Of a stretch of 64,000 nt of DNA, positions 53,223 to 64,000 are shown piece after piece. The notes under the pieces were generated by a model that had not been told where the DNA came from, made no database searches, and saw only the letters and a list, made by a program, of their open reading frames with translations. This DNA comes from Hydrurus foetidus. Taxonomy: Eukaryota. Both the position numbers and the translations under genes were made by a program. Within the stretch, counting starts at the first letter, position 1; each line of letters opens with the position of its first letter. The stretch is taken from the NCBI GenBank assembly GCA_900617105.1, contig UYFQ01000853.1, positions 1 through 64,000 on the forward strand. The letters run 5' to 3'.

Positions 53223-54011
53223 ATGCGACATTCAGAAATAGAAGAGGAAGTCGAGGGAAATCCTACGCCCTTGTTTTCTACGAACGTTCTGCCGCAAGGC
53301 AAGCTTACTCTTCCCGATGGAAGACAAATCTCATGCTTCACGCGAGCGAGTAGACATATGGACTCATCAGCTCAGGATTTCTTATTTGTAGACGATTTGT
53401 GGCCAGGCTGTCGATTTCTCGCTGATTTCATTATCCTCAACCGCGATGTTTTCGTAAGTAAAATTTGCCTTGAGCTTGGCGCTGGTGGTGCCTTACCAAG
53501 TTTAGCTGCTGGTTTGCTAGGAGCAGAAAAAGTAGTCATAACTGACTACCCTGCCAAAGGCGTCATCGAAAACATCGAAGGTGTCATAGCAGCTAATTCG
53601 ATAACTAATGCTGTCGCTATCGGTCACATTTGGGGCATCGATATCGAGAAGGTGCTGAAATTAGGCAGAACATCGTCATCTGGGGAAATGCTTGGTTACG
53701 ATGTAATTTTCCTCGCTGAATTATTATGGAGGGATACATATCACTTGCATAGGAATCTTCTTGAGTCTCTCTCTGCATGCCTGAACAAGAAAACTGGTGT
53801 TGCCTATATGACTGTTGCACATCGTCCCACCACAAGTCTCTTGGGTCACACAGCAGAAAAAGATTTGGAGTTCTTCTCAGTTGCTGCTTCAGAATTTGAT
53901 CTGAAATCCTCAATCATGGAAACATGTAGCAGATACTTCGATGTTGGCGAGTTGGTTACCATTGACGTGTATCTTTACGAGCTTCGAGTAATTCAGAAGA
54001 CTTTGAAATAA
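53223..54011 (+). CDS. Efm7/NNT1-like protein methyltransferase (Methyltransf_16), intronless
   Basis: LWPGCRFLADFI, CLELGAGGALPSL, VVITDYP, GHIWG, VIFLAELLW. Confidence 0.85.
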   Translation: MRHSEIEEEVEGNPTPLFSTNVLPQGKLTLPDGRQISCFTRASRHMDSSAQDFLFVDDLWPGCRFLADFIILNRDVFVSKICLELGAGGALPSLAAGLLGAEKVVITDYPAKGVIENIEGVIAANSITNAVAIGHIWGIDIEKVLKLGRTSSSGEMLGYDVIFLAELLWRDTYHLHRNLLESLSACLNKKTGVAYMTVAHRPTTSLLGHTAEKDLEFFSVAASEFDLKSSIMETCSRYFDVGELVTIDVYLYELRVIQKTLK

Positions 54012-54134
54012 ACCTCTTGTAATTATATACACCAAAAGAAGTCAATGAATTGTGTAAAAATCTTTTGCCCAAATTATAATGATGAGCTTATACAGCCGAA
54101 ATCTGCTTTACTTGATGTCGAAAGGGATAATAAA

Positions 54135-56372
54135 TTACTCACGTCGCGATTTCTTGGACTTGCCGCTATCAACAATTTGATTAATACCGAATGGGTCTTC
54201 TTCTCTCGCCCTCTCGAATTGAACTGGTGCTTCTCTTGGAGCACCTTCGCCTCCCTCCGCCCCCTTGAAACCTTTATCAGGCTTGAAACGACTGGTGTCC
54301 GACAGCTTGGACATCTGGGTGTCTACGTCACCGTATATGTCCGCGTCATCCTTCTTAGGGCGGTAGACCGAAGAAGCTTCTGCCCTGTCGAAGAGTGGCT
54401 TACTGTACGTGCTGTACTCGTCATCGGCTGCAAACCCAGAGTCCATGCCTGCTGACTGATTGAACAGTCGACTGTCGTACATGGCCTCTCCCCCTACGTT
54501 GCCTGTGCCCTTCAGCATGCCGAGGGCGATGCGTTCCGACACATCACGCCCTTCGTCACGATCCACTTTGTTCTTCCTCATGTTACCCTACACCACAGAA
54601 TATCCATTACATAATGCAAGCGTACGCGGTAAAGATGATAATTGCAGCAAAACAGTACCTTCATGTTGTCTAATCTGATTTCCCTCTCTCTTTCCTTCCT
54701 CCTATCCTGTCTCAGTCTCTCTCTCTGCTGGCGTGCCACACGGTCATCAGAAGATTCCCCCTGGGGAGCAACCTCATCTTCATCCCTATCCCTATCTCCT
54801 TTACCGTAATACCCTCTGTCATCCCGGTTGCCGCGGCTACTACTCTCTCTGTCTCTCTCCCTCCCTCCATCTCTGTCTCGGTCCCTGTCACCACTCCTGT
54901 CCCTGTTTCTGTCCCTGTCATAGTCGTCACTTCTACGTCCACTACTACGGTCTCTGTCATCATCTCCCCTGCCTCTATCATCATATCCACCACCTCCACC
55001 TCCACCCATTCTCCTCTGAGAGTCACTGTCATTCTGTCTTCCACTTCCAGGACCTGACGAGGCAGAAGCTGCTGGGCGCTGTTCTGTCTCAGGTTCACCG
55101 AAATCTTCATCATCATCCTCCAACACTCCAGCTCGGTCCATTCTAGCCTTGAGGGCCATGTCTCTGAGATCCTTCTCCCTATCCTCCTTCTCACGCATCG
55201 CCATCTTCTTACGGATTTGATTACGGATTCGTAAGTCTTCCGATGCTTTTCTTTCGGCAACATATAAGGACTCACTCAATGTCGCAAATTTGTTATTGAT
55301 AGTGACTTCTTGTAAACCACGACCATCAGCCGCCAGACGCTTGTCTAATGGAATAGTATACCCACGTGCATTTTTCCAATTAGATATACATGGAGGAACT
55401 TTCCAGGCCTGTTTGTCTTCCACTGTAAGTTTCCGAGGAGGAGAATGCAGAATCGGAACAGGGGGGGACCCTGGACCCTTCGGAACCTTCTTTATGAGAT
55501 GCTTAGGAGGCTCCATAGGATCAACTTGCGCCTCCACCATGCGAATTACGCGCTGCTTCGCACCCTCAGTGTAACTGAGATGGTAAGCAGGCAATGTTAG
55601 AGGTACATTATCTAGTGTGAAAGTTTACATATTTGTTGTTGTTAAGATGATCTCTCACCCTGGCGCATTAGGATCTGTTGTATATCGAATATAAGTTGGT
55701 TCCTCAATGTTTTTTGTATGTGTCACACTTGCTGGAAGCGATGATTTAATTTTTCCGTTTAGCAGTAATTCCAAAGCGTTTCTTGTTTTTTCTGCAGTTT
55801 CCATTTCTTCTTTCTCCTGCGGGAGAGCCAACATATCGAGATCTGCCTCCTTCTCTTTTATATCGCTAAGAGAGCTTTGCACAATCTTGTTTCTATTGCC
55901 GCCTTGTTTAACAATCGCATCAAATTTAACTTGACCCTCCGAGTCAACAGTCACGGCAACTATGGCTGAATTATTCCCCCCTGGTTTCCCCATGTTTAAG
56001 GGATACTGCACGACATGAATCTCAGGATATGCTCCTCCATCACCGAAATCCTCAACATCAAATGGAATGAAGTTTTTCCTCATCAAGTATGGAGGAATTG
56101 TTTTATTCCTGAGTTCAGACATCGTACTTGGTGAGAATCAGCGCAGAAAGTCAGTCATTTAGTTACCAAATATCTAAGTAAGAGCTACTCTACCTAGCGA
56201 CTGCTTTCTCAAGACCACCCTCTGCATCATCTTGTTGACGCGAGTAATTGTGTCGTGGAGCGGGTAAAATCCTGTGAGTATCACCAGCAAATGATTCTGA
56301 TTTTATGGCTTTCCTTCAACTTTTACACATCAAGGAAGTAAGGCACCGATAAATAGCTTACCCGGTCAACAT
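54135..56372 (-). CDS. SNW1: SNW1/SKIP (Prp45) splicing factor (spliced)
   Basis: DFGDGGAYPEIHVVQYPL, LHSPPRK, PPCISNWKN, IPLDKRLAADGRGL, YDSRLFNQ; first exon MLTG|ILPAPRH. Confidence 0.95.
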
Positions 56373-56876
56373 CTCAATAAGATCCTTCGAAAGGCAATAG
56401 GTTGGGTGCCCAGCTGGCAACTACTACGTCGCGTGATTAGTCATCAATAGTTTGATGCTTCCAAGCAAAGTCGTCTCCCGCATCCCGCAGTCCCGTTGGC
56501 GGAGATCGGAGATCGGTGATGAGTGATGACAGCGGAAGAAACGGGAAATAGAATCCGTTTTCTCGTCTCACGGATCCTAATGACCGTACGTACTGTACAT
56601 CTTGGGAATACATCTTACTTCCCACTTTACAGTCGTTTTACAACTGTGCCACTCTTCGTTCCTCAAACTTTACTGAATCTCAAAAACATCAATTGGGATG
56701 ATATTCTGAAGTCCATCAAAAAGCACCCTAATAAGTTCCCACTGTACCAAAAGAGTTTTAACGCTTGCATTAGGAGGACCGAGAACAAGCCTTCCATCAA
56801 AATTAATTACAATTGAACAAAAGTGAAAATTCAAATTAAAATAAAAAATCAATTTGAAACCACAGAAGTACATCAT

Positions 56877-58283
56877 TCAGATAGCGGATCTCAATTTAGT
56901 GGGAATATCAGACTTGTAATATATGTCTGGTTGTCTGTGCGACTGTACAGGCATTTTGGCTCTAGTAAGTGTAAGCAAATCTCTGTCAAATGGAGCAAAG
57001 CAAATGCTGCCGACACCCTCAACAACATGGCAGTTCAATTTATTTACATCGCTGTCCATGTCAGATATTGATGGACAGCTTGCCACTGCGATAGAATGTG
57101 ATGTAAGTGAATCAGGAAGTGAATCAGAAAGCACTTATAATATGTTGTACAAATAGAAGTAAGCTTAAAAAGCATAATATGCATTTTAAAGGAGAGCCGT
57201 GAACAGTCAATGATTCTCACCTATGTTACCCCAAGGGTCAATTATGCAGGTCCGGCCATAGCTTGAGCGCTTGTCATTGTGCGCTCCTGTTCACATCACA
57301 TTGAGAATCCACAGTATACTGTTAGACTGTTTTGTTTAGTGAAGGGTGCGAAACTTGTAGACAAACGCCTCCTGATTTCAGTATAGAAAACAACAGAATA
57401 GAAATGCGCAACTACCTATCTGAGCAGCTGCAATGACATAACATTGATTCTCTATTGCCCTTGCTCTTAATAAAATATCCCAATGAGCTGTTCCGGTTGG
57501 AACAGTGAAAGCAGCAGGAACCAGTACGATTTCAGCTCCTAATCCAGACAAAATTTTCTGCGATTGAGTGGTGTCCATATCATTTGAAGTTCGAAGTGGG
57601 CGGCATAACGCTCCGTACAATTCGGGGAATCGTAGATCATAGCAAATTGTCAATCCTATCCGCGCAAATCCGCAATCGGAGACTACCAAAGATTCACCAG
57701 CCTTCGTAGAATTTGATTCCATGAGACCCGCCATCGGGCTATCAAAGAGATGGATCTTCCGATACCTATCAACGATCACTCCAAATGGTGAGATCATGAA
57801 GTTAGTGTTGTAAACTTTTCTTGGGGCAGCTGATGCTCCAACATCTTCAACCAGTTCAGGAAACCCTCCGACAGACAGCCAAATCTGCAACCTCGCAGCA
57901 AGCTCGCACAGAGCAAGACCATAAGGTCCATCAAGCGCTTCCGATGCCATGATAGCGTCCAATGGTCTCTGTATTTCGCCGTTCAAATCTAAAGTTCCAC
58001 CTCCGATGAAACTTGAGCACTCAGGTAATGAAATGAAACGAGCTCCTTTACTCGCTGCGCACTCAACAAGTAAAATCGTGCTGCGAAGATTTGATACTTT
58101 ATCGTTTGTCGATGTCATTTGAACTGCTGCCAAAAGATCTGATCCTGACGTAGATGTGGAAGTTTCGCTATCTTGAGACATTAGAAAACGTCTTGAGAGC
58201 AGTTTTGAGGAGTGATGGTGAACGTTGTATCGGAGTGAGCGGCCACAGACAGCAATTAGCATCAGATGAGGGAGAGATTTCAT
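56877..58283 (-). CDS. NIT1: Nitrilase-family Nit1 (deaminated glutathione amidase) with N-terminal presequence (spliced)
   Basis: Catalytic triad motifs LPE, YRKIHLFD, ICYDLRFPEL; AHWDILLRARAIENQCY; HNDKRSSYG..IIDPWG. Confidence 0.92.
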
Positions 58284-58427
58284 GCAGTCGATCTTTACCA
58301 ATGATGAAACCGTTTTTTTCAGAAATGCAATGCCTCTCGTAAGCTGTTAAAAGCTGTTTAGTTACTTTATAGGTAAGTTATACCCGCTGTCGTCTCAAGA
58401 ATTGGGAAATAGTAATTTCTTGGTCCC

Positions 58428-59163
58428 CAGTGGTGTCAAGAACCAAGTCGGAATCAAAAACCTAGTTGGATTTTGGTAGCTACGAGAACATTAATGAAAA
58501 TTTTTCAAAAACCCTCTCTAAGAAGCCGTCGTGACTAAACAAACAGTGGCGCATCCATTTCTGAAGTCAGAAATTTTCAATACAATATTTTTTGCTCTCA
58601 TTTTCCCACAGTTTCAGAAGTGCTGAACTCAAATTCGATTACGAACGTCTTTCTGAAGAAAGTTAGTGAAAAAATCAAATTCACAATGATTGAATTAGTG
58701 TAGACCTATAAAGATTTGACTTAAAACGGAAAAGTTCTTGAGATGCAATGACTTCAGTCTTAAATTTGGGTGTTTTCACGGTTTTCAGACGTGATTTTTC
58801 ACTGATTTCGTGGGGAAACACCCAAATTTAAGACTGAAGTCATTGCATCTCAAGAACTTTTCCGTTTTAAGTCAAATCTTTATAGGTCTACACTAATTCA
58901 ATCATTGTGGATTTGATTTTATCACTAACTTTCTTCGAAAAGACGTTCGTAATCGAATTTGAGTTCAGCACTTCTGAAACTGTGGGAAAATGAGAGCAAA
59001 AAATATTGTATTGAAAATTTCTGACTTCAGAAATGGATGCGCCACTGTTTGTTTAGTCACGAAGACTTCTTAGAGAGGGTTTTTGAAAAATTTTCATTAA
59101 TGTTCTCGTAGCTACCAAAATCCAACTAGGTTTTTGATTCCGACTTGGTTCTTGACACCACTG
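58428..59163. mobile_element. Foldback element: ~350 bp inverted arms, 40 bp spacer, non-coding
   Basis: 58426-58775 is the reverse complement of 58816-59165 with about 6 mismatches; GGTCCC flanks both sides of CAGTGG...CCACTG. Confidence 0.9.
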
Positions 59164-59779
59164 GGTCCCCTACGGTGGGAATATATTTAATTTTTCTCAA
59201 ATTCCGGTGAATCGGTTCAAATCCAGGTGAATTCGACCAAATTAATTTCCGTGATTTTGAGAACCAAATTTCCGTGAATTAGTCTACGTATTATAATTAT
59301 CGACTGGGCTATTTGGATTAAATCGGAGCAAATATTATCGAATAATGTCAAATAAAAATCCCTCAATTTTCGCATCAAATTTCGGTTTTTTCCACCTGAT
59401 CTGTTGTGAAACGATTCAAAATTTCCTCATCCGAAAATGGTATCAATTTCCTGGTAAATTGACACAAATGAGTGGGAATTAGTCGGCTGAGTTCATGGAA
59501 GAGCTGGTTGAGATAGAATGATTCCCGAACTGAAAGCGTTGCATCCATGTGCAAACTTTGATACTCTGGTATGAAATTGAAGTCATATATAACTAAACCA
59601 CATCAAGTTGCTCCAAACCACGATGGTTGGAATGATCTTGGAAGACGAAACTGGTTTCGAGGAAAGGGTTGCTTCTCTGCTACCCACCTCCGAGAGCAGT
59701 GACGATGATGACATTTCCGATGAGCAAAATGGTACAGTTGCTGAATCAAACAAAAACTACCGTGGAAAGGGTTTGCTGT

Positions 59780-60041
59780 TGTGGTCTGGGGCGGGGCCTA
59801 GGACGTTGGAGCTAATGTTGGTGGACGGTTGGTGCAAGCGGTGGGCAAGGAAAGCGGAAGTCGGTGGAATAAACTTGTGTTAGTATCTTACAGTTGAGTA
59901 TATACAAGTGATGTGTACGCTAAAGTGCATTCACGTCATATGTGGAACTAAGACCTAAAAGTGGAATCTGAGCGTAATATACCTATCGTACCTAGTTAAC
60001 CTAGACACATTGTATCCCCTTAGGAATGCAATAAGGCTACA
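59780..60041 (-). repeat. 3' LTR of copy 2
   Basis: Begins TGTAGCC right after the PPT and ends GACCACA; 262 bp like the copy 1 LTR; partner LTR not in the window, so the end is inferred. Confidence 0.75.
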
Positions 60042-60235
60042 CTACCCCTTCTTCCTTTTTTGAAGATCTTTGATATGATATACAAAAAAGAAAAAAGAAA
60101 AGATATGTAAAACATATATATGAGATATAGATGAAACGATTATGTCAGACTTTTACTGACTAAACTCTCCAAAAAAGACCCGTAGGTAAAAAAATAGGAG
60201 AGAATCCTCATGGATAAAGTTTCAAATATATTAAG

Positions 60236-63200
60236 TCATCGATGTTGCTTATTGATTAATTTAGTCATGTTATTATGACGTAAATAATCATGAAGTTTAT
60301 CAACATCACGAAGACTTGAATAAGGTTCCCAAGTGTTTTTGTCTGAAGGGTAATTTAACCATTTGACTAAAAACTCTATGTGGGTACGTTGGTGTTTGCC
60401 ACGATGATCAAGAATGTCTTCAACAAAGTATTCCATGTGATCACGTCGTGCAACATCCAACGGATTTGTGATTGAAGGGTCAAATAGAAAAGGTTTCATT
60501 GCAGAAACATGAAACTCTGAAGTTTTCTGAGTGACTAGATCATAAAGTGTGTAACGCGAATTTTCGCCACTAACGACTTTTAATGGGCCTCTCCAATGCG
60601 TGTGAAGACGTGAAGGAGGAGATCCATCGCGATAGTGCACTAAGACATAAGAGTCTTTTGGATACTCTACATGCTGAAAAATTTGAGACTGACTTTGATG
60701 AAGCAAATCTGTGCGAAGAAGTTCTTTAGCAGAAGCTTTAAGAAGACTGTCTTGCGTTTTGAGTAGATTGCTCATACGCTTTGACAAAGGTTTGTCATCA
60801 GTAACATTTCGCTCAGCAGGAGGTAAAAAGATACCTCTATCGAGTTTGAGTACATTTCCGAAAAGAAGTTGAGAAGATGATATTTTTAAACGATCACTGT
60901 GATTAGAATTTAAAATTCGTTGCACAAATGGAAGTGACGTTTTATAATCTTCTAATGTGACATTATCGAATGTTAATGCACGAAGATGTCTATTAACTTC
61001 TTTATTCATGCGCTCAACAATAGCATTTTCTTCTTTAGAATATGCTAAAGTAAGACAATGTTGAGTGCCAATAAGAGTTAGAAACTCTCTAATAACTTCG
61101 GAAATGAAGTGTGGCCCATTATCAGAACGGAGTTGGAGAGGTGCGCCGAAACGACCGAAGTGTTGCAAGAGGCATTTAGCTGTTGAAAGTGCTGTAGCAT
61201 CTTCTGTATGAAACAGTTCAACCCATCTTGTGAACGTATCGATAATTACGAGTACGTACCCGCCGTCTGGAAACGGTCCTATGAAGTCTATGTTAAGGCA
61301 TTCCATAGGTGTGTAAGTAGAAGTCGAGAAACCATGAGCATGTATTGGTATCTTTAACATACTCATTTTCTGACAACACGAACAGTGATCTATGAACCAC
61401 CTGACATGCTGACGCATATATTGCCATACTATCTTTTTGTCAATGAGACGCTTTAAAGTGCGCTCAAGGCCAAAATGCCCAACTTGTGAATTGTGTACTT
61501 TACTGATTGTATTGTACTGATCACGTGTTAGTTTGAATTTTTCAATAGTATTAGCAGACATGATTGCATCAGGAGTATATTCCTGAGGGAAATCAACCAT
61601 GTTATTGCGACAGAGTCGAGACATCGAATCAGCTATATCATTGTTAGCACCAGGTATATATTCAATTTTAAATGAATATTCGGATAAGGCCATAAACCAC
61701 CGAACAATCATTGGATTTGAATTATCCTTGATGTATAACAAGTTACGATGATCTGTACGCAATGTGAACGTACGATCACGTAATAGCGATTTTAAATACG
61801 TGCACGAATAAAAGATAGCATATGCTTCTTTTTGTATAACAGCCCAACGAAGCTGAGCTTTGTTAAGTGATTTACTGACAAATGCTATGGGCGTTTCTTG
61901 ACCGTCAACTAACTGGAAAAGATAGGCACCTACACCATAGTCCGATGCATCAGTGTGCAAGTAAATCGGATCGGTGTCACTTAAAAGTGCATAGTCGTGC
62001 ATTTTGAAATCTCGGATTTGATCAAATTGAATGCTCTGAGAGCTTCTATTGTCCAAGTTATTTTCTTATACTTATTATAGTTAAGAAGCAACTGATGTAA
62101 CGGGTATACAACAGTAGAAGCGTTTCTAACAAAGTCGTGAAAATAATTAACCAATCCTAAAAACTTTTGAGTTGTTTAGATAGTACTGGTTTAGGAAAAT
62201 CTAAGACAGTCCGTATTTTTTCTTGTGACATTCTAAGTCCATCTGCAGATAGAACTTTGCCAACATAATCTATTTCGGCATAGCCTAGATAACACTTATT
62301 CGGTTTAAGGAATATTTTGTGTTTTCTAAAACGTTCAAAAACAAGACGAAGTCTAGAAATAAGTTCGTCAATGTCTTTACCGAAAACATTGCAATCATCT
62401 ATGTACATTTCGCATATAGAGTATATCAGACCTGCTAACACAACAGTCGTCATAATCTGTTGGAAATAGGAGGGTGCTTGTTTTGGCCCAAAGGGTAAAC
62501 GAGTGAATTGATATACTCCGCAGAAAAGTATGAATGCAGTATAAGCACGTGCAGCGAGTGTAAGTGGTGCTTGATGGTAACCTTGAGTGAGGTCAAGTAC
62601 AGCAAACACTTTTGCTTTATGTGCACCTATTCTACGCAACATCTCACCGATGTGTGGAATAGGATGTGATTTATCTTCGGTACAATTGTTGAGATTCCGA
62701 AAATCAATACACATGCGCTTAGTTCCATCAGATTTTGGAACTAGTAAAACTTGGCTATAATAAGCCGCGTTTGATTTTTCAACAATATTTTGTTTTTCAA
62801 GTTTTTAATTTGACTAAGAATGTCAGCTTGATCAACTGTTGATTTAGCCCATGGAGGTTGTCTATTTTTAGGACTCTCCATTGGTCGTCATTGACATGAA
62901 AGTCAAACGGTGGAATATTAGCAGGAGTGGCCGAAAGTTCACTGCTAAATATATCCTTGAATTCGTGTACTAGTAACCGAAGTTTATTTTTCTGATCTTC
63001 ATCACCTGCTAAGTTTATTAGCGAGAGTGGGTCAGTATCAGGAAATTCATCTATCCAAGGTGAAAACGAGTCCTTGATCGAGTCGTCGATTTCGTCCTCA
63101 TCAGGGGGCACAGCCTCAAAAAGTCTTTCAGACTCTTGTATTAGTGAAGCTAGAATAACGTGTGTTTGGGTTACTGCCGGTTTCACCTTTTGGGTTAAAG

Positions 63201-64000
63201 GATCGACCTTTGGGGAGCCATCAGAGGGTTGCAACTTCTCCTTAGGCTGACAGCCACACGTTATATCCACTTGTTCAGAAGATAAAACTTCCGCTAATGA
63301 GGTAGTGCTTGATGAAGCATTGGCAGATATTTGATCGGGGAAACGTGAAAATAAATTCAATTCGCGAATTGTTTTTCGTCCCACTATTAGATCAAATTTC
63401 GAATCGTTTAAAACATAAGCCGTGATTTGAAAAGTATAATAATTATTTAAATCAGGGCAAAAATAAGAAAGAGTTAAGTCTATAGTGTCAGAAATATCAT
63501 AACAATGATTATCTAATCCACTACAAACTTTACACAATTTCTTTGAAGAGTTAGAAACGAATTGTGTGAAATTATGATTAGTTATAATGCGGCGATGTAT
63601 AAAGTTGCCAGCAAAAGAGCCGGTGTCCAGGAGAGTAAAGACTCTATTACTTTTTTCCAGCATAACCTCCTGTGAGAGGGGAGATACGAAGAAAGGAATA
63701 AGTTCTGGATCATCGGAAAGAATAGATGATGAATTTAGGTTGCATAGTTGCTCACCTTTGTGTTTCTTCGCAGCGTTTGTCGAGTCTGCTGTTGAAGTAG
63801 CAGGTTTTGACGAAGAGGAAGAAGAAGAGGAAGACGATGAAGAAGAGGTCGATGTCTTAGGTAAAGTTGGAATAAACTTAGCCTTTGAATCGACTTTCAA
63901 CAACTGCTTATGACCCTCAGAGTTGATATAGGGTGCGTCTGTACTGTTATAGTACGGAGACGTAGTGTAGAAACACGTGGCGACGAAATGGCCAAGTCTC
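60236..64000 (-). pseudogene. Pol polyprotein of copy 2 with four 1-nt deletions
   Basis: ORFs 62797-63903, 62157-62714, 60236-62056; shifts at homopolymers ~62865, ~62803, ~62160, ~61984. Confidence 0.88.

Larger units (their letters stand above)
59780..64000 (-). mobile_element. Second Ty3/Gypsy chromodomain LTR retrotransposon (copy 2), 5' part outside the window
   Basis: Zinc-knuckle end (RLGHFVATC), PR (LLDTGS), RT (YIDD), RH, IN and chromodomain highly similar to copy 1; PPT from 60042; 3' LTR 59780-60041. Confidence 0.95.

Noticed and set aside
54712..55275. 187 aa alternative-frame ORF in SNW1
   Set aside because: Arises from low-complexity RD/G repeats; no independent evidence

Overview
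Eukaryotic, intron-rich nuclear DNA from an ochrophyte (stramenopile) alga. The main evidence is an aureochrome (bZIP+LOV) gene plus several genes with signal-peptide presequences; a chrysophyte-like origin is a guess. The window is bracketed by two related chromodomain-bearing Ty3/Gypsy LTR retrotransposons: a complete copy at 1-5742 (+) and a 5'-truncated copy at 59780-64000 (-). Between them lie about 16 host genes: GTP cyclohydrolase I, three METTL21/Efm7-type methyltransferases, a membrane tyrosinase, beta-adaptin, a PNPOx-like FMN-binding protein, aureochrome, WDR70, YbeY, a PQQ-propeller multi-TM protein, ZNF598+R3H, USB1, SNW1, Nit1 and a hypothetical acidic protein. There is also a tRNA-Arg(CCG). 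Notable non-genic structure: a ~1.1 kb interstitial telomere-like (TTTAGG)n-(TTATAGG)n-(TTTAGG)n array between divergent WDR70 and ybeY, a 740 bp foldback palindrome with 350 bp arms, a MITE cluster, a TG..TA LTR terminus with a hairpin in place of a canonical PBS, and a cluster of TGACG boxes upstream of aureochrome. Exon boundaries were read by eye and are approximate. No prokaryote-type novel system (CRISPR, defence island, retron etc.) is supported.
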